A DNA stretch of 64,000 bases from Octopus vulgaris (taxonomy: Eukaryota). The stretch lies in contig OX597822.1 of assembly GCA_951406725.2 (NCBI GenBank), positions 101,680,001 to 101,744,000 of the forward strand. Reading direction: 5' to 3'. Under the pieces are notes generated by a model. The model saw only the letters and a list, made by a program, of their open reading frames with translations. It was not told the DNA's origin and did no database searches. How positions within the stretch are numbered: position 1 is the first letter of the stretch; the number at the start of each line of letters is the position of its first letter. Made by a program: the position numbers and the translations under genes. This document shows positions 1-14,054 of this stretch, one piece after another.

Positions 1-1295
1 TACATACATACATACATACATACATACATACATACATACATACATACATACATACATGCATACATATATATATACACACGATTTCAATAACGAAATTTTT
101 TTAGCTACGATCAAATCAAATATAGGTATAGAATTAATGATGCTTATAGTTAGCAACATTACCATATAAAGCTACAAAAATGTCAGATTAGCCTCTTGTG
201 TTCATTCAATCCTATTTCATTGAGACAGGTTTTCAAAAATCCAATTATTTATTATCAAAGTATGTACCTGAATATTCCAACGTTAAAATGCAGTGGAAAA
301 TATGATAAAAGCTGTCAGATTCAGGCAAGTTTTAAAAGAGAAAATATAATATGCTTAGTAATAATTTTACTAAATCTAGACTCAAGATATAGTTAATTCT
401 AAAGGAATAACGTTTTGATATTCGCGTATTCAGGGACAATATCAATGCTTATTAGTTCCATTCTATAGAAAGAACTTCAATATGCTTCTCTTGTCAAAAT
501 CTTTGATGTTTTACATCTCGCTAGAAAACATGGAATGCGTAAAATATTTGATGTCTGAAATATTTCCAATTATGCGTATATATGTTTGTTTTCTGGGGAC
601 ATTTCAAGAATCGACACACAATTTGAACAAAAGATCAAAAGAAAATAATTCCCTGATTCCTACTGTAAATCCAGTGATTCTTATATCTATTCCATTATAT
701 TCCTTATCAAAATTAAATTACTTTAATTTCTATTATAATCCATTCCCTATTCAAATTTGTGAACAGATGTACTTTTGTCCTTTGAATTTTAGTGGAATAA
801 TTCTCTGACTCATGCATGCGGAATTGGAATAAAGGTTCTTGGCAAGCAAGAAAATTTGGTATTATTTATAATATATAATGATTACTATCGGATTGATGTA
901 TGTGGAAGATCGTAGGTGTTCAGAAAGAGATTCATAGAAAATCCATATTCTCTTTCAATCAGAAGGTACGACATTATTTCCGCGCAAATTAAGTACTGTT
1001 TCCGCCGTAATATTTTCTGAAACATAAAACTGGAACAATCCCTCTTTTATAAAAGTATGAATTAATCAGATGTCAGCACATTTTATGGCTAACGTATTAA
1101 AAAAAAAAAGACTTCAATGGGATCAATCAGTTATTCCGGAATCGAAAAATAATGTTATTCGATGAATAACACATTTTTGTCGTTTCCCACCACAAGGGAA
1201 GGGGACTCTAGACAACTTTAATATACGTATGTACGTATGTATGTATGTATGTATGTATGTATGTATGTATGTATGTATGTATGTATGTATGCATG

Positions 1296-1344
<49 letters not shown>

Positions 1345-1491
1345 GAAACTTACATATACACCATTCTGCTTAAATAATGGAACTGCAAATACAACATCCT
1401 TACGTATCTCAATTCTATTTTCATTCCTTCACTTCCCTCTGTATTTCATATCTTCTCTACAATAATCATTACTTCAACATTTTCTCACACC

Positions 1492-1539
1492 GTTTCTGAT
1501 GAATGGATATATAAAATATCCCGGTAACAGCCGTAAGAC
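1492..1539 (+). ncRNA. Degenerate minimal hammerhead ribozyme motif in a PLE-like remnant
   Basis: GTTT-CTGATGA-at-GGATAT-ataaa-ATATCC-cg-GTAAC-agcc-GTA-AGAC. Stem I and stem II pair, but GAAAC is mutated to GTAAC. Confidence 0.55.
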
Positions 1540-1616
1540 CTTCTCTTTATAAATGTTCAGAAAACTATTCTCAGCCTTGGATTTTTTATCTCGTTCTGTT
1601 AATCATATATATATAT

Positions 1617-2374
1617 ATGAGAGACCTGGGTATCGACATTAGTGATGATACCTCTTTCCAAGTGCACATTACCAGGATGGCGACAAAGTGCAGACGACTG
1701 GCTGGGTGGATCCTAAGGACATTCAGAACCAGAGATAACGAAACCATGATGGTCCTCTGTCGGACATTCGTCCTCAGCCGCCTGGATTACTGCTCCCAGC
1801 TATAGTCAGCCACCAGTGTAAAATTAACAGCGGACCTTGAAGCAATCCAGAGAAGATTCACAAAGAAAATCGTCTCTTTGCAACAGCTCAGCTACTGGGA
1901 AAGGTTGAAACAGTTAAGACTCTACTCCCTGGAGAGAAGACAGGAGAGGTATGCAGTAATATATGTCTGGAAGATCCTGGAAGGAATTGTGCCAAATTTT
2001 GGCATTGTAAGCTACACCAATGCTAGAACGGGACGACACTGCATAATGCCAAAGATCCCAGCAATGCCATCACGCTTCAGGACCAGCTTCTGCAACAGCC
2101 TGGGTTTCAAGGGCCCACAGCTTTTTAATATTCTCCCAAAGAGTCTGAGGAACTTGCACAAAGTAGATGTAGTGGTTTTTAAATCAAAGCTGGACATCTT
2201 CCTGTCAAGAGTCCCAGATGAACCTACCTCACGGCAAGAGGTGCAAATGAAGGTAGCTATATCAAACTCCATTCTTCACCAAGTGCCACATATTAGACGA
2301 GGTTCTTCGCAATAACAGAGTAGCACAAAACGGCGGTGCATCAGCATGGCCCCAGCTCTGAGCTGAAACTAGAG

Positions 2375-2378
<4 letters not shown>
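1617..2378 (+). mobile_element. 5'-truncated CR1/L2-group LINE (RT C-terminus plus 3' UTR), with in-frame stop
   Basis: RDLGI..F..HI..., LDYCSQL*, YWERLKQLRLYSLERRQERY..., FKSKLDIFL..VPDEP are typical post-RT motifs. It ends in a stem-loop, AAAC and an (AT)n tail, and is the same family as 55800-57395. Confidence 0.9.
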
Positions 2379-2432
<54 letters not shown>

Positions 2433-2738
2433 GTGTCGTGAAGAAGACCCAACCTTCTGAGTACTTTTACAGGGTTTACAAAAACTGAAGGCCCGCTCCA
2501 ATGTGTGTGAAACTGAAAGAGGAACATGTATAAATTAACTGATCGTTCCCTAATTCTTTTTCACCCAAAGCCAGAAACTTTTAACCACCTCTCATATATA
2601 TATATAACACTTTGAACATATACTTCAAACTATATATCAACTATACATGAACTCTAAGATGTCTGACTCTGTTGTGTATTATAAATGAATTTCTTGTGTT
2701 TGACGGCATGAGCTGTCTTTTTTTATATATAACTTTTT

Positions 2739-2772
2739 TTGATAAGGTTCATTTCAGGAACTGAAACATGTT
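2739..2772 (+). ncRNA. Minimal hammerhead-like motif with U3-A8 core
   Basis: TTGATAA-GGTTC-atttcag-GAACT-GAAAC-AT-GTT. The flanks TTTTATATATA and TATATATAAAA are complementary. Confidence 0.45.
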
Positions 2773-2838
2773 ATAATGTATATATAAAAATTAAAAATTG
2801 TATAATACAGCAGCATTTTCGAACTTCATTTTTTACAA

Positions 2839-2905
<67 letters not shown>

Positions 2906-2974
2906 TGTGTGTGCGTGTGTGAGTGTGTGTGTGTAGAAGGTTGAAAAGGAACACACGTGTTAATATATATGTAA

Positions 2975-3359
<385 letters not shown>

Positions 3360-3616
3360 CATATATATGTATATACATATATGTGTGTGTGTGTGTGTAA
3401 GGTAAATAAGACAAGGTAGAGAATGGTAAACTAATTTTATCATGAAGAACATTTTAGTACCAGTTTCAGACTTGGCGACTTTTTCAACTTAGAGTAAGGC
3501 ATGAACAACAATTAAATTGTGGAAAAATGAAATTTAAAAAAATATTTACATAGTTGTCAAATATATATATGTGTTTGTGTATGTGTGTGTGTGTGTATGT
3601 GATGGTGGTGGAGGTG

Positions 3617-3730
3617 TTTCTTGTACTTGTTTCAGTCATTAGACTGCAGGCAGTCTAGGACACGGCCTTGAAGAATTTCAGTCGAAGGAATTGATCCCAG
3701 TACTTATTTTTTAAAGCTTGATACATATTC
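3617..3730 (-). mobile_element. 3' remnant of SINE family A (older subfamily)
   Basis: Reverse complement of the tail CAGTC-TAAT-GACTG-AAACAAGTA. Confidence 0.7.
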
Positions 3731-5350
3731 AAATTTAAATAAATATTAGTATTAAGTAGATGTATTATAAGCTACATATTCTGTAAGAAATTAATGGAAA
3801 TGTTTATATTTGTATCTGCTCGTAATATTTCGCAATGTAAAGTGTATTGTGTTAATATATTCCGCTTAATATATTCACTGCTATATATCTTTCCGACGAG
3901 CAATGAAATCAATACTTATGCAAGAAGGCTTTAGTCGATATTCTACACCCAACTGATCACAGCCTTCAGCGAGAAGATCGAAATGTTTTCCTGTTAAAAC
4001 AGTGACTTTACAATACTTACAATGTTTATTTTGAACAAAAGAGAATGTAAATATAATCTCAGCGCACAGAATATGCAACATGAACAAACATTAGGTAATA
4101 CCATAACGTAATTCAGTCGTTGATGAATATGAAACAAAAGGCATTGTTTATAAGCGAAATTGCTATAAAAATAAAAGCTAAAAGCCTCCTTCTCTTGTTT
4201 CCTCACCCCAGAATCACTAATGAAATCTAGTCGAGCATAGAAATAGAACGATAGCAATATATTAAGAATAATCAGTGATTATACTGATGTTAGTATCAAC
4301 GCTTTGATCTCGTTATGGCATAGCTCTAAGAATTATTATTCATCTCCAAATGATTTACTGTTTATGAGCTATTTGGAGCTAATATTTAATACAGCGGCAT
4401 CAGTAAATCTAAGCGCGAGAAATGATAACCAGTGATATCAAATTCTACGATACAATATGAATAAATTCCACTCATGCGGTTAATATCCATAATTTAATGC
4501 TAAGATTTATACACACCAGATATCGTATGAATTATTAGCAAATCGTAGAAGCGAATTGTTTAACACGATATACAATATGTGCATATAGTTTATATCATTC
4601 AACATCGAATTAATCCATGCTGTATAAAAAAAATTTAAACGCATGTATGAAATCATCTACGTATTTTTCAAAGAAAGAAGTTAAATTGTATTTTAGCTTG
4701 GTCAAATACACAAATTCCATTCCTTGTTATCCTATGTCTATCTCTACGTATAATCGAAACTACGCCAGCCTTTTCCTTCACTGCTTGGAACATGCTAAGC
4801 AACTCAAATCTCACACCAGCCGCTACAGGATCCAATTTTGTAGAATGGAATAGAAAGTTAAGATATACCTCACATCGCGTCATATAACAACAGAATTCCT
4901 GAGGGAATGAAAGTACAAGGAAAAGAGAGAGAGAGATGAGAACAGAAAAACATGTGGCTTTCTGTGTTGACGGGACTATCTGCAGGATTTGACGTTGCCT
5001 AACAATATTTATCTTTAGGTATATTACGCTCAATACATGCTGGCTGGACTTTCTAAGGGAGATTCTACATATTTGCATGATAGGATAAAACTCGCAACCG
5101 AATATCGCTCAAATACCACCCTACTCTTTTAAGTAAAGGATAAAATTTAGCTTCTCGGAGAGTCAGGGGATAGTAACGACTGGAATACCTTTTGTAAAAA
5201 GTTTGAACTGGGTGTCTCAAACGGCTTACAGCTTGCAGTCTGGAGCATCCCCAGCCTTTTCACCTGCATCGTTCTAAATCCTTGGGATCGTGCATAGCGA
5301 AGCAATTTAATATATACTTATTCCTTCAGCTCAATGGAGAGAGTAACTCT

Positions 5351-5905
5351 AGGCGTGGCAGTGTGGTAAGAAGCTTGCCTCCCAACCACATGGTTCCGGG
5401 TTCAGTCCCACTGCGTGGCACATTCAGTAAGTGTCTTTTTATCATAGCTTCGGACCAACCAAAGCCTTGTGATTGGATTTGATAAACGGAAACTGAAATA
5501 ATCCTGTTGTATGTATGTGTGATAAGTAGCTTGCTTACGAACCACATGGTTCTAGGTTCAGTCCCACTGCGTGGCACCTTGGGCAAGTGTCTTCTACTAT
5601 AGTCTTGGGCCGACCAATGCCTTGTGAGTGGATTTGGTAGACGGAAACTGAAAGAAGCTCGTCGTATATATGTATATGTATATATGTATGTGTGTGTATA
5701 TGTTTGTGTGTCTGTGTTTGTCCCCCCCCCAACATCGCTTGACAACCGATGCTGGTGTGTTTACGTCCCCGTAACTTAGCGGTTCGGCAAAAGAGACCGA
5801 TAGAATAAGTACTAGGCTTACAAAGTATAGGTCCTGGGCTCGATTTGCTCGACTAAAGGCGATTCTCCAGCATGGCCACAGTCACATGACTGAAACAAGT
5901 AAAAT
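5351..5905 (+). mobile_element. tRNA-derived SINE family A with a tandemly repeated 5' half
   Basis: The head (TGGCAGTGTGG A-box-like, GGTTCAGTCCC B-box-like) runs 5351-5520 and is repeated from about 5521, followed by the body, central microsatellite and 3' tail. Confidence 0.85.
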
Positions 5906-6020
5906 ATTTATATATATATAGTCAATCTAAACGAGAACAAGCAAGAAAATACAACAACGCGAGGTCGTGGTACAAGTACTGTGTTATTGGACGCTCAGGA
6001 AAGGAAAGAAAAGAAAGCTG

Positions 6021-6055
6021 ATTTGACGTTTCGAGCAGAGCTCTTCATCGGAAAT
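6021..6055 (-). ncRNA. Minimal hammerhead motif (U4>C) in a PLE-like repeat at about 5920-6120
   Basis: Minus strand ATTT-CCGATGA-A-GAGC-tct-GCTC-GAAAC-GTC-AAAT. Stem III is the loopless palindrome ACGT. Confidence 0.65.
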
Positions 6056-6321
6056 ATAGAAAAAGTCCAAAGAAGAGAAGACAGAGAAAGAAAATCGCCA
6101 ACGATACACACGCGGTCATATATTTATAATGTATATATATATGCATGTATTTATATATTTGTGCGTGTGTGGGGGGTCTGTTCGTCCCCCACTTGACAAC
6201 CGATGGAGGTGTATTTATGTTGCCGTAGCTTAGCCGTTCGCCAAAATACACCGGTGGAATAAGTACTAAACTTGCAAAGAATATGTTCTGGTGCTCCAGT
6301 CAAATGACTGAAACGAGTACA

Positions 6322-6368
<47 letters not shown>

Positions 6369-6676
6369 GAAATAGAAACCATATCAACTCAAACATCTCT
6401 AAATTTTAATTCCTAATCCTTGCGAAAGCTGCGATAAGAAATCAACAGAAGATTAATTTTGACCCCATACAACATGCAATAACCTGTGGAAAAAGAAATT
6501 TCTCATGAGTACAGAATAAATTTCTCCTGTGATTCTATTGAATATATACGCACGTACACTTGCACTCTGCGAATTTATTAAATCCACAGAGCACTTTGAA
6601 TTTACGCACACACTTTTAACTTCACACTCATATATCTCTGATGAAAATTCTCCCTTTAAAACTAACGACCACATGT

Positions 6677-6898
6677 TCTCTTTACTCTCTTTTACTCTTT
6701 TACTTGTTTCAGTCATTTGACTGCGGCCATGCTGGAGCACCGCCTTTAGTCGAGCAACTCGACTCCGGGACTTATTGTTTTTGTAAGCCCAGTACTTATT
6801 CTATCGGTCTCTTTTTGCCGAACCGCTAAGTGACGGGGACGTAAACACACCAGCATCGGTTGTCAAGCAATGCTAGGGGAACAAACACAGACACACAA

Positions 6899-6950
<52 letters not shown>

Positions 6951-7113
6951 CGACAGGCTTCTTTCAGTTTCCGTCTACCAAATCCACTCACAAGGCATTG
7001 GTCGGCCCGGGGCTATTGCAGAAGACACTTGCCCAAGATGCCACGCAGTGGGACTGAACCCGGAACCATGTGGTTGGTTAGCAAGCTACTTACCACACAG
7101 CCACTCCTGCGCC
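6677..7113 (-). mobile_element. Full-length SINE family A
   Basis: Head GGCGCAGGAGTGGCTGTGTGG, B-box GGTTCAGTCCC, CORE-like GCATCTTGGGCAAGTGTCTT, central (AT)/(GT) tract and (GAGTAAAA)n tail. Confidence 0.92.
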
Positions 7114-7812
7114 TATACGTATACAAGCCTATACGTATCAAACTATCACAGAATTTTGCAAAAACTCAAACACCTTTCATTTTCGAACTCCAAATTTCTT
7201 CATTAAAGCAAAATGTTCTGCATTATCATACACATATGATATACATATTTTATCTTCGAGCATCTGTAAATATTTATCTCAAATACAAACTCAGTCTACA
7301 CTAATTCTTTACTGATGTAGCATACGTTTATACACAACTAAACACTAACACAAGGAGTAAATCAATAATAAACAAATATATTTTTAAAAAGAATTTTTTT
7401 AGAAATCGCTCCTAGAAGCAGATTCAAAACAAACTTAAACAAATTGAAATGGTATTCAAATTAATTAATAGACATTTTGTAAAGCTCGAACGTGTTTGTT
7501 CTTCAAATACTGGTCAACACCACCACCAACAACAACCACGGCAACAACAACAACAACAACAACAACAATAACAACCACGGCAACAACAACGACCATCACA
7601 GCTGTAGACATAATCTGTTTCGCAAAACAACAATCACCATACCAACAACAACAACAACCACAGCAGGAACAACTGACCCAACCTCAACCTTCAGCACTCC
7701 TTAATTCAACTATAATTGATGACCTATTTAATGAAACGGTCAACTTCTCAGATTCCATCCGCTCACAGCCCATTCAACCAGAGCTTGTTATCTACCCATC
7801 AACAGCAGCAAC

Positions 7813-7950
7813 AGTGGAGGCGCAATGGCCCAGTGGTTAGGGCAACGGACTCAGTGTCGGGGGTTGACCTGCTTTCTCTTCTGCGGCTCTTACGAATAGC
7901 AAAGGACCACGTTTCGGACTTCTCCCACTGGGACGAAGACCACTTCGCTC
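7813..7950 (+). mobile_element. Family B tRNA-like head fused to a different body
   Basis: GTGGAGGCGCAATGGCCCAGTGGTTAGGGCAACGGACTC matches the head at 18852 and 63945, then diverges. Confidence 0.6.
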
Positions 7951-8076
7951 AACAAACAAACAAACAAACAGCAGCAACCATTTCAGCAACAAGAATCACA
8001 ACAATATCAGCAACAACAGCTAAAACAACCACCTCAAAAACAGTAACATACACAGCTTCGCCCTACTACCATCCCA

Positions 8077-8185
8077 GGGATACAGGCATCCAGCAACAGG
8101 ACCTCCGTAATGCCATGATGGACCGTGAAGTCTGGCGTAGCATGGTAAGTTCCATTGTCTCGACCACGGTCGAACAATGATGATG
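8077..8185 (+). mobile_element. Extreme 3' fragment of an RTE-type LINE with a 9-bp TSD
   Basis: Encodes RDTGIQQQDLRNAMMDREVWRSMV (RTE C-terminal DR..WR motif) with a (TGA)n tail. The TSD ACCATCCCA lies at 8068-8076 and 8186-8194. Confidence 0.8.
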
Positions 8186-10364
8186 ACCATCCCAATTTCT
8201 GATCAACCAACTAAATTCTTACTTGAAAACCCCTTAATGAATTTGCCAGACACAAATGTACACAAATTAAAATCTATGCCTCTCACTGCCTTCACACGAA
8301 ACCCCAAAATATGCCGCTATTCACTACGCAACAGGCTGTGCACTGACGCTGATTGCAAATTCACTCATTTACCAGGGACTAGGCGCTCAATTCCTACTCA
8401 CAACAGGCGCTTACCATCAAAGTGCACAATCTAAAACAACGCTACTACCACCACTGCTATCATTCTCAGCAAATACTAAATCAAATTTGAAAAAAAAAGC
8501 ACTCATGTTACACGGAACCCTGAGTCTGCTGCCATTCCCAGCGAAACAGATTATGTCTACTGCATAATTGTCCATTTCCCCATCACTCGGGGACTCGTGC
8601 ACAAATAAAAATATAAACGGGACCCCCTAACCAATACAAAACCCACAACCACAAACATTTCCAGTTCTCCGAACAGAATACTTTTTAGCCATAATGAATC
8701 TGGCAAAAGAGCTACAAAAGTACATTCTAGGTATCACATAAGGCCACACCCACCGCCACCCTATCGCACAAACTCCCATTGCTGCCATTAACAAGCAAAT
8801 CACCAAAACAGTTAAAACTAGTCACCACTGTCACCCCAGCAATTTTGCTCAATGCACAAGGCATCAGCCCTTCCAACAATGCCCAGAACTTGAAGATCCA
8901 ACTTATTGAGGACTGGGTTAATGACCGTCCACACCATATCCCTTCCAGTGAACTACCGTCCAATTTCACTCACTTCTCATATCATTAAAGTATTTGAGAG
9001 GGTGGTGAGGTCGCGAATAACTCACTTCCTCGAAGAAAAACCCCAACCAGCATGGTTTCCGTGATGACAGGGACTGCCTGTCGCAGCTTCTACAGCACTT
9101 TGATGACATCTTAAAAACGTTCGGATAGGGCTGCAACACTGACGTCATATACCTTGATTTCAGCAAGGTATTTGATAGAGTGGACCACAAAATCCTGCTG
9201 AAGAAACTGTTCAACATTGGAGTCCCTTGAAAGCTGCTGCTGCAGCAGATAAAGTGTTTCCTGACAAACAGAACCCACCGTGTTGTGTTTGAGGGAATAG
9301 GATCCAGCTCAGCCAAAATCAGTAGTGGTGTCCCACACGGGTCTGTGTTGAGCCCACTCCTCCTCATTATTTACATCAGCGACATAGTAGATGTCATCAA
9401 ACATTCTATATTGAAAATCTTTGCAAATGTTTCCAAACTCCAGAAAGCCATAAACGACATGAGACCGAAAAGGCTTTCAGTCAGATCTGTTTGCTATTGC
9501 CCAATGAGCGGAAAAAACAATATGCTTTTAAATGAAGAAAAGATTGATTTGATCTACTTTGGGAAAGAGGTAACTCTGAAATTACCATATGCTCTTCCCT
9601 CGGGCGACTCCCTAGTGTCATCCAACAAAACCAGAGATCTTGGAGTAATTGTTGATAACAATCTAAGCTCGAATTACCGCAGAAACAGTAAGGTTGATTT
9701 GGCCCGCAAGATGTGCTCCTGGATTCTGAGAACTTTGTGGTCTAGAGATGCTTATACCATCATCATTCTCTACTCTACCTTTGCCCGACCCCACCTTGAG
9801 TACCGTTTCCCACTGTGGTCCTCGCATACGAAACAACTCATTATGAAAGTGGAGGCACTCCAGAGGTCCATAACAAGAAATATAGACGGCACGAGAGGCA
9901 TTGATTATTGGGGTCGACTAAAAAACCTCAATCTCTACTCTCTCCATCGTCGCCGGGAACGCTACATCATTTGTGTAATGTGGTAAATATTCCATCAATA
10001 TTGCACAAATAACGTTGGCATCAATTTTAAAATCCATCCAAGACTTGGCCCCCGTGCTATCCGCCCACTACAAAATCGAAATCGGAACACATAACCACAT
10101 TACATCACAATTACTTTACCTCAACCGGTCCAGCTCTTTTTAATACCATACCAAAATACGTCAAAACGGAAACGGATCCCATAAAATTCAAATGTTCACT
10201 GGACAAATTTCTTCAAAAAACCCCGGACCACGCAGATATGTCTCCAACAATAATAACTCTTTGCTAGAGTGAGCTATGGTGCACCATATGTGACTAAAAA
10301 CCTCACCAGGTGATGCCTGGGCCTATTCTGGCCGAAACCTATCAATGTTAAGTATATATATACA

Positions 10365-10760
10365 TTTGATCTTTTGCTTGTTTCAGTCATTAGACTGCGA
10401 TCTGGCTGGGGCAACGCCCTGAGGAATTTTTAGTCACATGAATCAGCCCCAGTACTTATGGTTTTTCTAAAGCCTGGTATTTATTCAATCGGTCTCTTTT
10501 GCCGAACCGCTATTATGGAGACGTAAAGACATCAACACCGGTTTTCAAGCGGTGGTGGGGTATAAAAAAGACACGAACACACGAATATATATATACATAT
10601 ATGACAGGTTTCTTTCAGTTTCCGCCTACCAAATACAATCAGAAGGCTTTGGCCGGACCAATGCATTAGTAGAAGACACTTGCCCAATCTGCCATGTAAT
10701 GGGACTGAACCTGGAACCATGCAGTTTGGAAGCACGCTTCTTGTCACACAGCCACACCTA
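10365..10760 (-). mobile_element. Older, diverged SINE family A copy
   Basis: Colinear with family A from head to tail with many substitutions. Confidence 0.8.
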
Positions 10761-11165
10761 TTCTTTCAGGAAAGTGCTCAAATATGTACCAAATAAGTAT
10801 CTTAATTAAGTCATTATTTTCATAACGATACACTGACAATTTAACAAGACAAAATCTATAAATTCACTATAGCTGTTTTTTTATAATCTAACAGCAAGCT
10901 TCATAACCAGCCCTTTTTTATATTACATTTATTTTGTTATTTTCTTATCTCTAGTTTTCAGTTCTCTTAATACTACATAAAAGCTATTTCTATTTTTATT
11001 TTATTTGTTCTGTGAGCGAAACAAATCCTTACTCAGTAAGGTTTCCTCCGACTATTATTTCTTTTGTGTATTTAGAAATTCCCCATATAATATTATTTAA
11101 TAAGATATTACTTGCATAAGGGTATACGGAAACATTACCTAGGCTGCAATTATAGATTTACTATA

Positions 11166-12420
11166 CGAAGAGTGTATGGAAAGTTTTGAGCTTAACCTTG
11201 AAACAGCACTGCTAGATAGCTGAGACAATCTTTTCCGGTAAGTACAGTAATTTCAAAGTATTCTTGCTCATTTTCATGATTCTGATATTTTAATTTTTTT
11301 TTTCTTGCTGTAGATTTTTTGAATAAACAATGTGTCGAGGTTACAAGGAAAATGGAGAAAACTGATTATTGTTCTGTCATAAAGTACCTTCATTTGAAAG
11401 GCATAACTCCATCAGAAATCCATGACGTTATGGTGAGAACAACAGACAATACTCCTTCATATGCAACAGTCAAAAGCTGGGTAAATGAAGTCAAGCGTGG
11501 CAGGGAGAGTGTGGAAGATGATGCCAGACCAGGGCGACCGCCATCTGCAACCACCAAGGACAATCTTGACCTTGCTCTTGGCATGATAATGCAAGATCGC
11601 CGAATATCATGACGTCAGATAGCCGAGAGATTGGGTATATCAATTGAAAGAGTAGACAACATTGTGACAAAGAACTTATGTTCTCAAAGGTTTTCATAAG
11701 ATGGGTCCCTCGCCTTTTGACTCCTGAACAGAAACGCACCAGGTGCACTTTGTCCACAAGCAATCTGCAAATGTTTGAAGCCAATGAAGAGAATTTTCTT
11801 GCTCGTTTCATTACTTTGAAATGAAAGTTGGTTTCATCGCTAACAAACTGAAACCAAAGAACAATCAAAGCAGTGGAAGCACACATATTCTCCTACTCCA
11901 AAGAAGGTCAGGGTCATTCCTTCAGCTGGCTAGGTCATGGTGTACGTTTTTGGGGATTTTCAAGGTGTCTTTCTGATCGATTACCTTGAAAAGAGTCACA
12001 CCGTGACAGGACTATTATTCTCAGCTACTGAAATGCCTCCGAGAAGCAATCAAAATAAAAAGGCCGGGAATGCTCACCAGAGAAGTCATTTTTCATCACG
12101 ATAATGCTCCAGCCCACACCTCAGTAGTTGTCATGGCAACAATTCGTTAATGTGGATACGAACTTGTTCCTCATCCGCCTTATACGCCAGACTTAGCCCT
12201 CTGACTTTCATCTATTCCACAAAATTTTGCCAGTGATAATGACATCATAGATACTATAGGAAGTTTCTTGAAGTCTCAAACAAAAGAGTTCTCCAGTGAT
12301 TCTGCACCCCCCGAGAGAGAGTTCAGCCATCGAGGGGGAGGACTGAGTTGAAAAATAAATCATCAGAAATCTTGTACCATGTTTTGTTTTTTAGGCTCAA
12401 GACATTTCATACACTCCTCG
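11166..12420 (+). mobile_element. Full-length defective mariner transposon (irritans/Hsmar2-like)
   Basis: TA-flanked TIRs of about 30 bp (CGAAGAGTGTATGGAAAGTTTTGAGCTTAA, and reverse complement CGAGGAGTGTATGAAATGTCTTGAGCCTAA). The transposase at 11352-12358 has RWVPRLLT, HHDNAPAH and PHPPYTPDLA motifs, with stops and frameshifts. Confidence 0.93.
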
Positions 12421-12916
12421 TAGTTACATTTTAACAATCTTAACTTTAACTCATTTATTGTTAATTCAATTCCCTATCTCTTAATTACACTTCATCTATT
12501 TATCCTGAGAATCCTTTATATCTGTATCCTATATGGCATGTGAACGAAACATATGTTGCCCTTCTCTGACTACTAAGTCTATTTTGATGCTATTCCCTTT
12601 AACACCTTAAGGGTCAATTTAAATTTAAATGATAACGGATTTTATCGCCAAATCGCATTTCGCAACATCCACTGCTATCCTTTGCGCTGAACTTACATAT
12701 CTCCCACCCAAATCATAACTACAATAACACTATCAAAAACTGAGCTCTTCAGTTCACATCAGAGACTTGTAATGGTAACATCTTGTATAAAGCTGCATGG
12801 ATACGTTTACCCTGGATGAACTTTTAATGCCATTCAACAAACACGATGCAATTGGATGCCACATCTTAGGACATCTATGCTGTAGAAACATCTGTCGATT
12901 TAAGTGAATGGACTAT

Positions 12917-13320
12917 ACTCTTTACTCTTTTACTCTTTTACTTGTTTCAGTCATTTGACTGCGGCCATGCTGGAGCACCGCCTTAAATCGAGCAACTCGA
13001 CCCCGGGACTTATTCCTTTGTAAGCCCAGTACTTATTCTATCGGTCCCTTTTGCCGAACCGCTAAGAAACGGGGACGTAAACACACCAGCATCGGTTGTC
13101 AAGCAATGCTAGGGGAACAAACACAGACACACACACGCATATATATATACATATATACGACGGGCTTCTTTCAGTTTCCGTCTACCAAATCCACTCACAA
13201 GGCTTTGGTCGGCCTGAGGCTATAGCAGAAGACACCTACCCAAGGTGCCACGCAGTGGGACTGAACCTGGAACCATGTGGTTGGTAAACAAGCTACTTAC
13301 CACACAGCCACTCTTGCGCC
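12917..13320 (-). mobile_element. Full-length SINE family A
   Basis: Near-identical in structure to 6677-7113. Confidence 0.92.
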
Positions 13321-13486
13321 TATATATAATATTGCAACAAACAAGCAGCTGCGGATATACAATTCTCCGTTCTTATTTCTGATGTGTTGAATATATAACG
13401 AACAAAAAGTTTTGAATGGTACAACAATGCACTATAATACAGACAATGGGTTATATACCTGTTGTAATTTAGTCATCCATAGTCTG

Positions 13487-13523
13487 ATATGATATTTCGG
13501 AATAATATTCCTTCTTCAGATAT
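13487..13523 (-). ncRNA. Minimal hammerhead ribozyme motif with canonical core
   Basis: Minus strand ATAT-CTGAAGA-A-GGAAT-att-ATTCC-GAAAT-ATC-ATAT: intact CUGANGA and GAAA, 5-bp stem II, AUC triplet. Confidence 0.7.
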
Positions 13524-13763
13524 TCTTAGATGGAGTCGTTGCTACAATCCGTTTTCTAACGGCTTTTCTTTTTTATTTTTTTTTATACTTTGTGCACTGT
13601 ATAAACTCAATGTGGATTTATCTATCGGGTAAAATACCGTGTAATTGTTTACCTTAATCAATTTTTCGTTCTTCCATAACACTCTACATGATTAGCCGGG
13701 GGTTGGTTTACACTAGAAGACTTCTATGGTACCTACCCTGATTCAATGTCCCCAATGTCCCTA

Positions 13764-13794
<31 letters not shown>

Positions 13795-13795
13795 C

Positions 13796-13831
<36 letters not shown>

Positions 13832-13884
13832 ATATATGTCTGTGTGTATATACATATATGTATATACACATATATATATATGTA

Positions 13885-13957
<73 letters not shown>

Positions 13958-13997
13958 CATACATATATATTATATATATATATATATGTATATGTAT

Positions 13998-14054
<57 letters not shown>

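Larger units (their letters stand above)
7480..10345 (+). mobile_element. Decayed CR1/L2-group LINE: ORF1 remnant, start of endonuclease, internal deletion, RT and 3' UTR
   Basis: ORF1-like CCCH finger KICRYSLRNRLCTDADCKFTHLPGTRR at about 8300-8385 and LLNAQGISPS (APE start-like) at about 8845. RT motifs RPISLTSHIIKVFERV, HGFR, YLDFSKVFDRVDH, SGVPHGSVLSPLL and RDLGV run 8955-10000, with stops and frameshifts. The 5' boundary is uncertain. Confidence 0.8.

Noticed and set aside
7492-8180. Gln/Thr/Asn-rich ORFs resembling a host low-complexity protein
   Set aside because: They are made of (CAA)n plus SINE and RTE inserts within the 5' region of a LINE.
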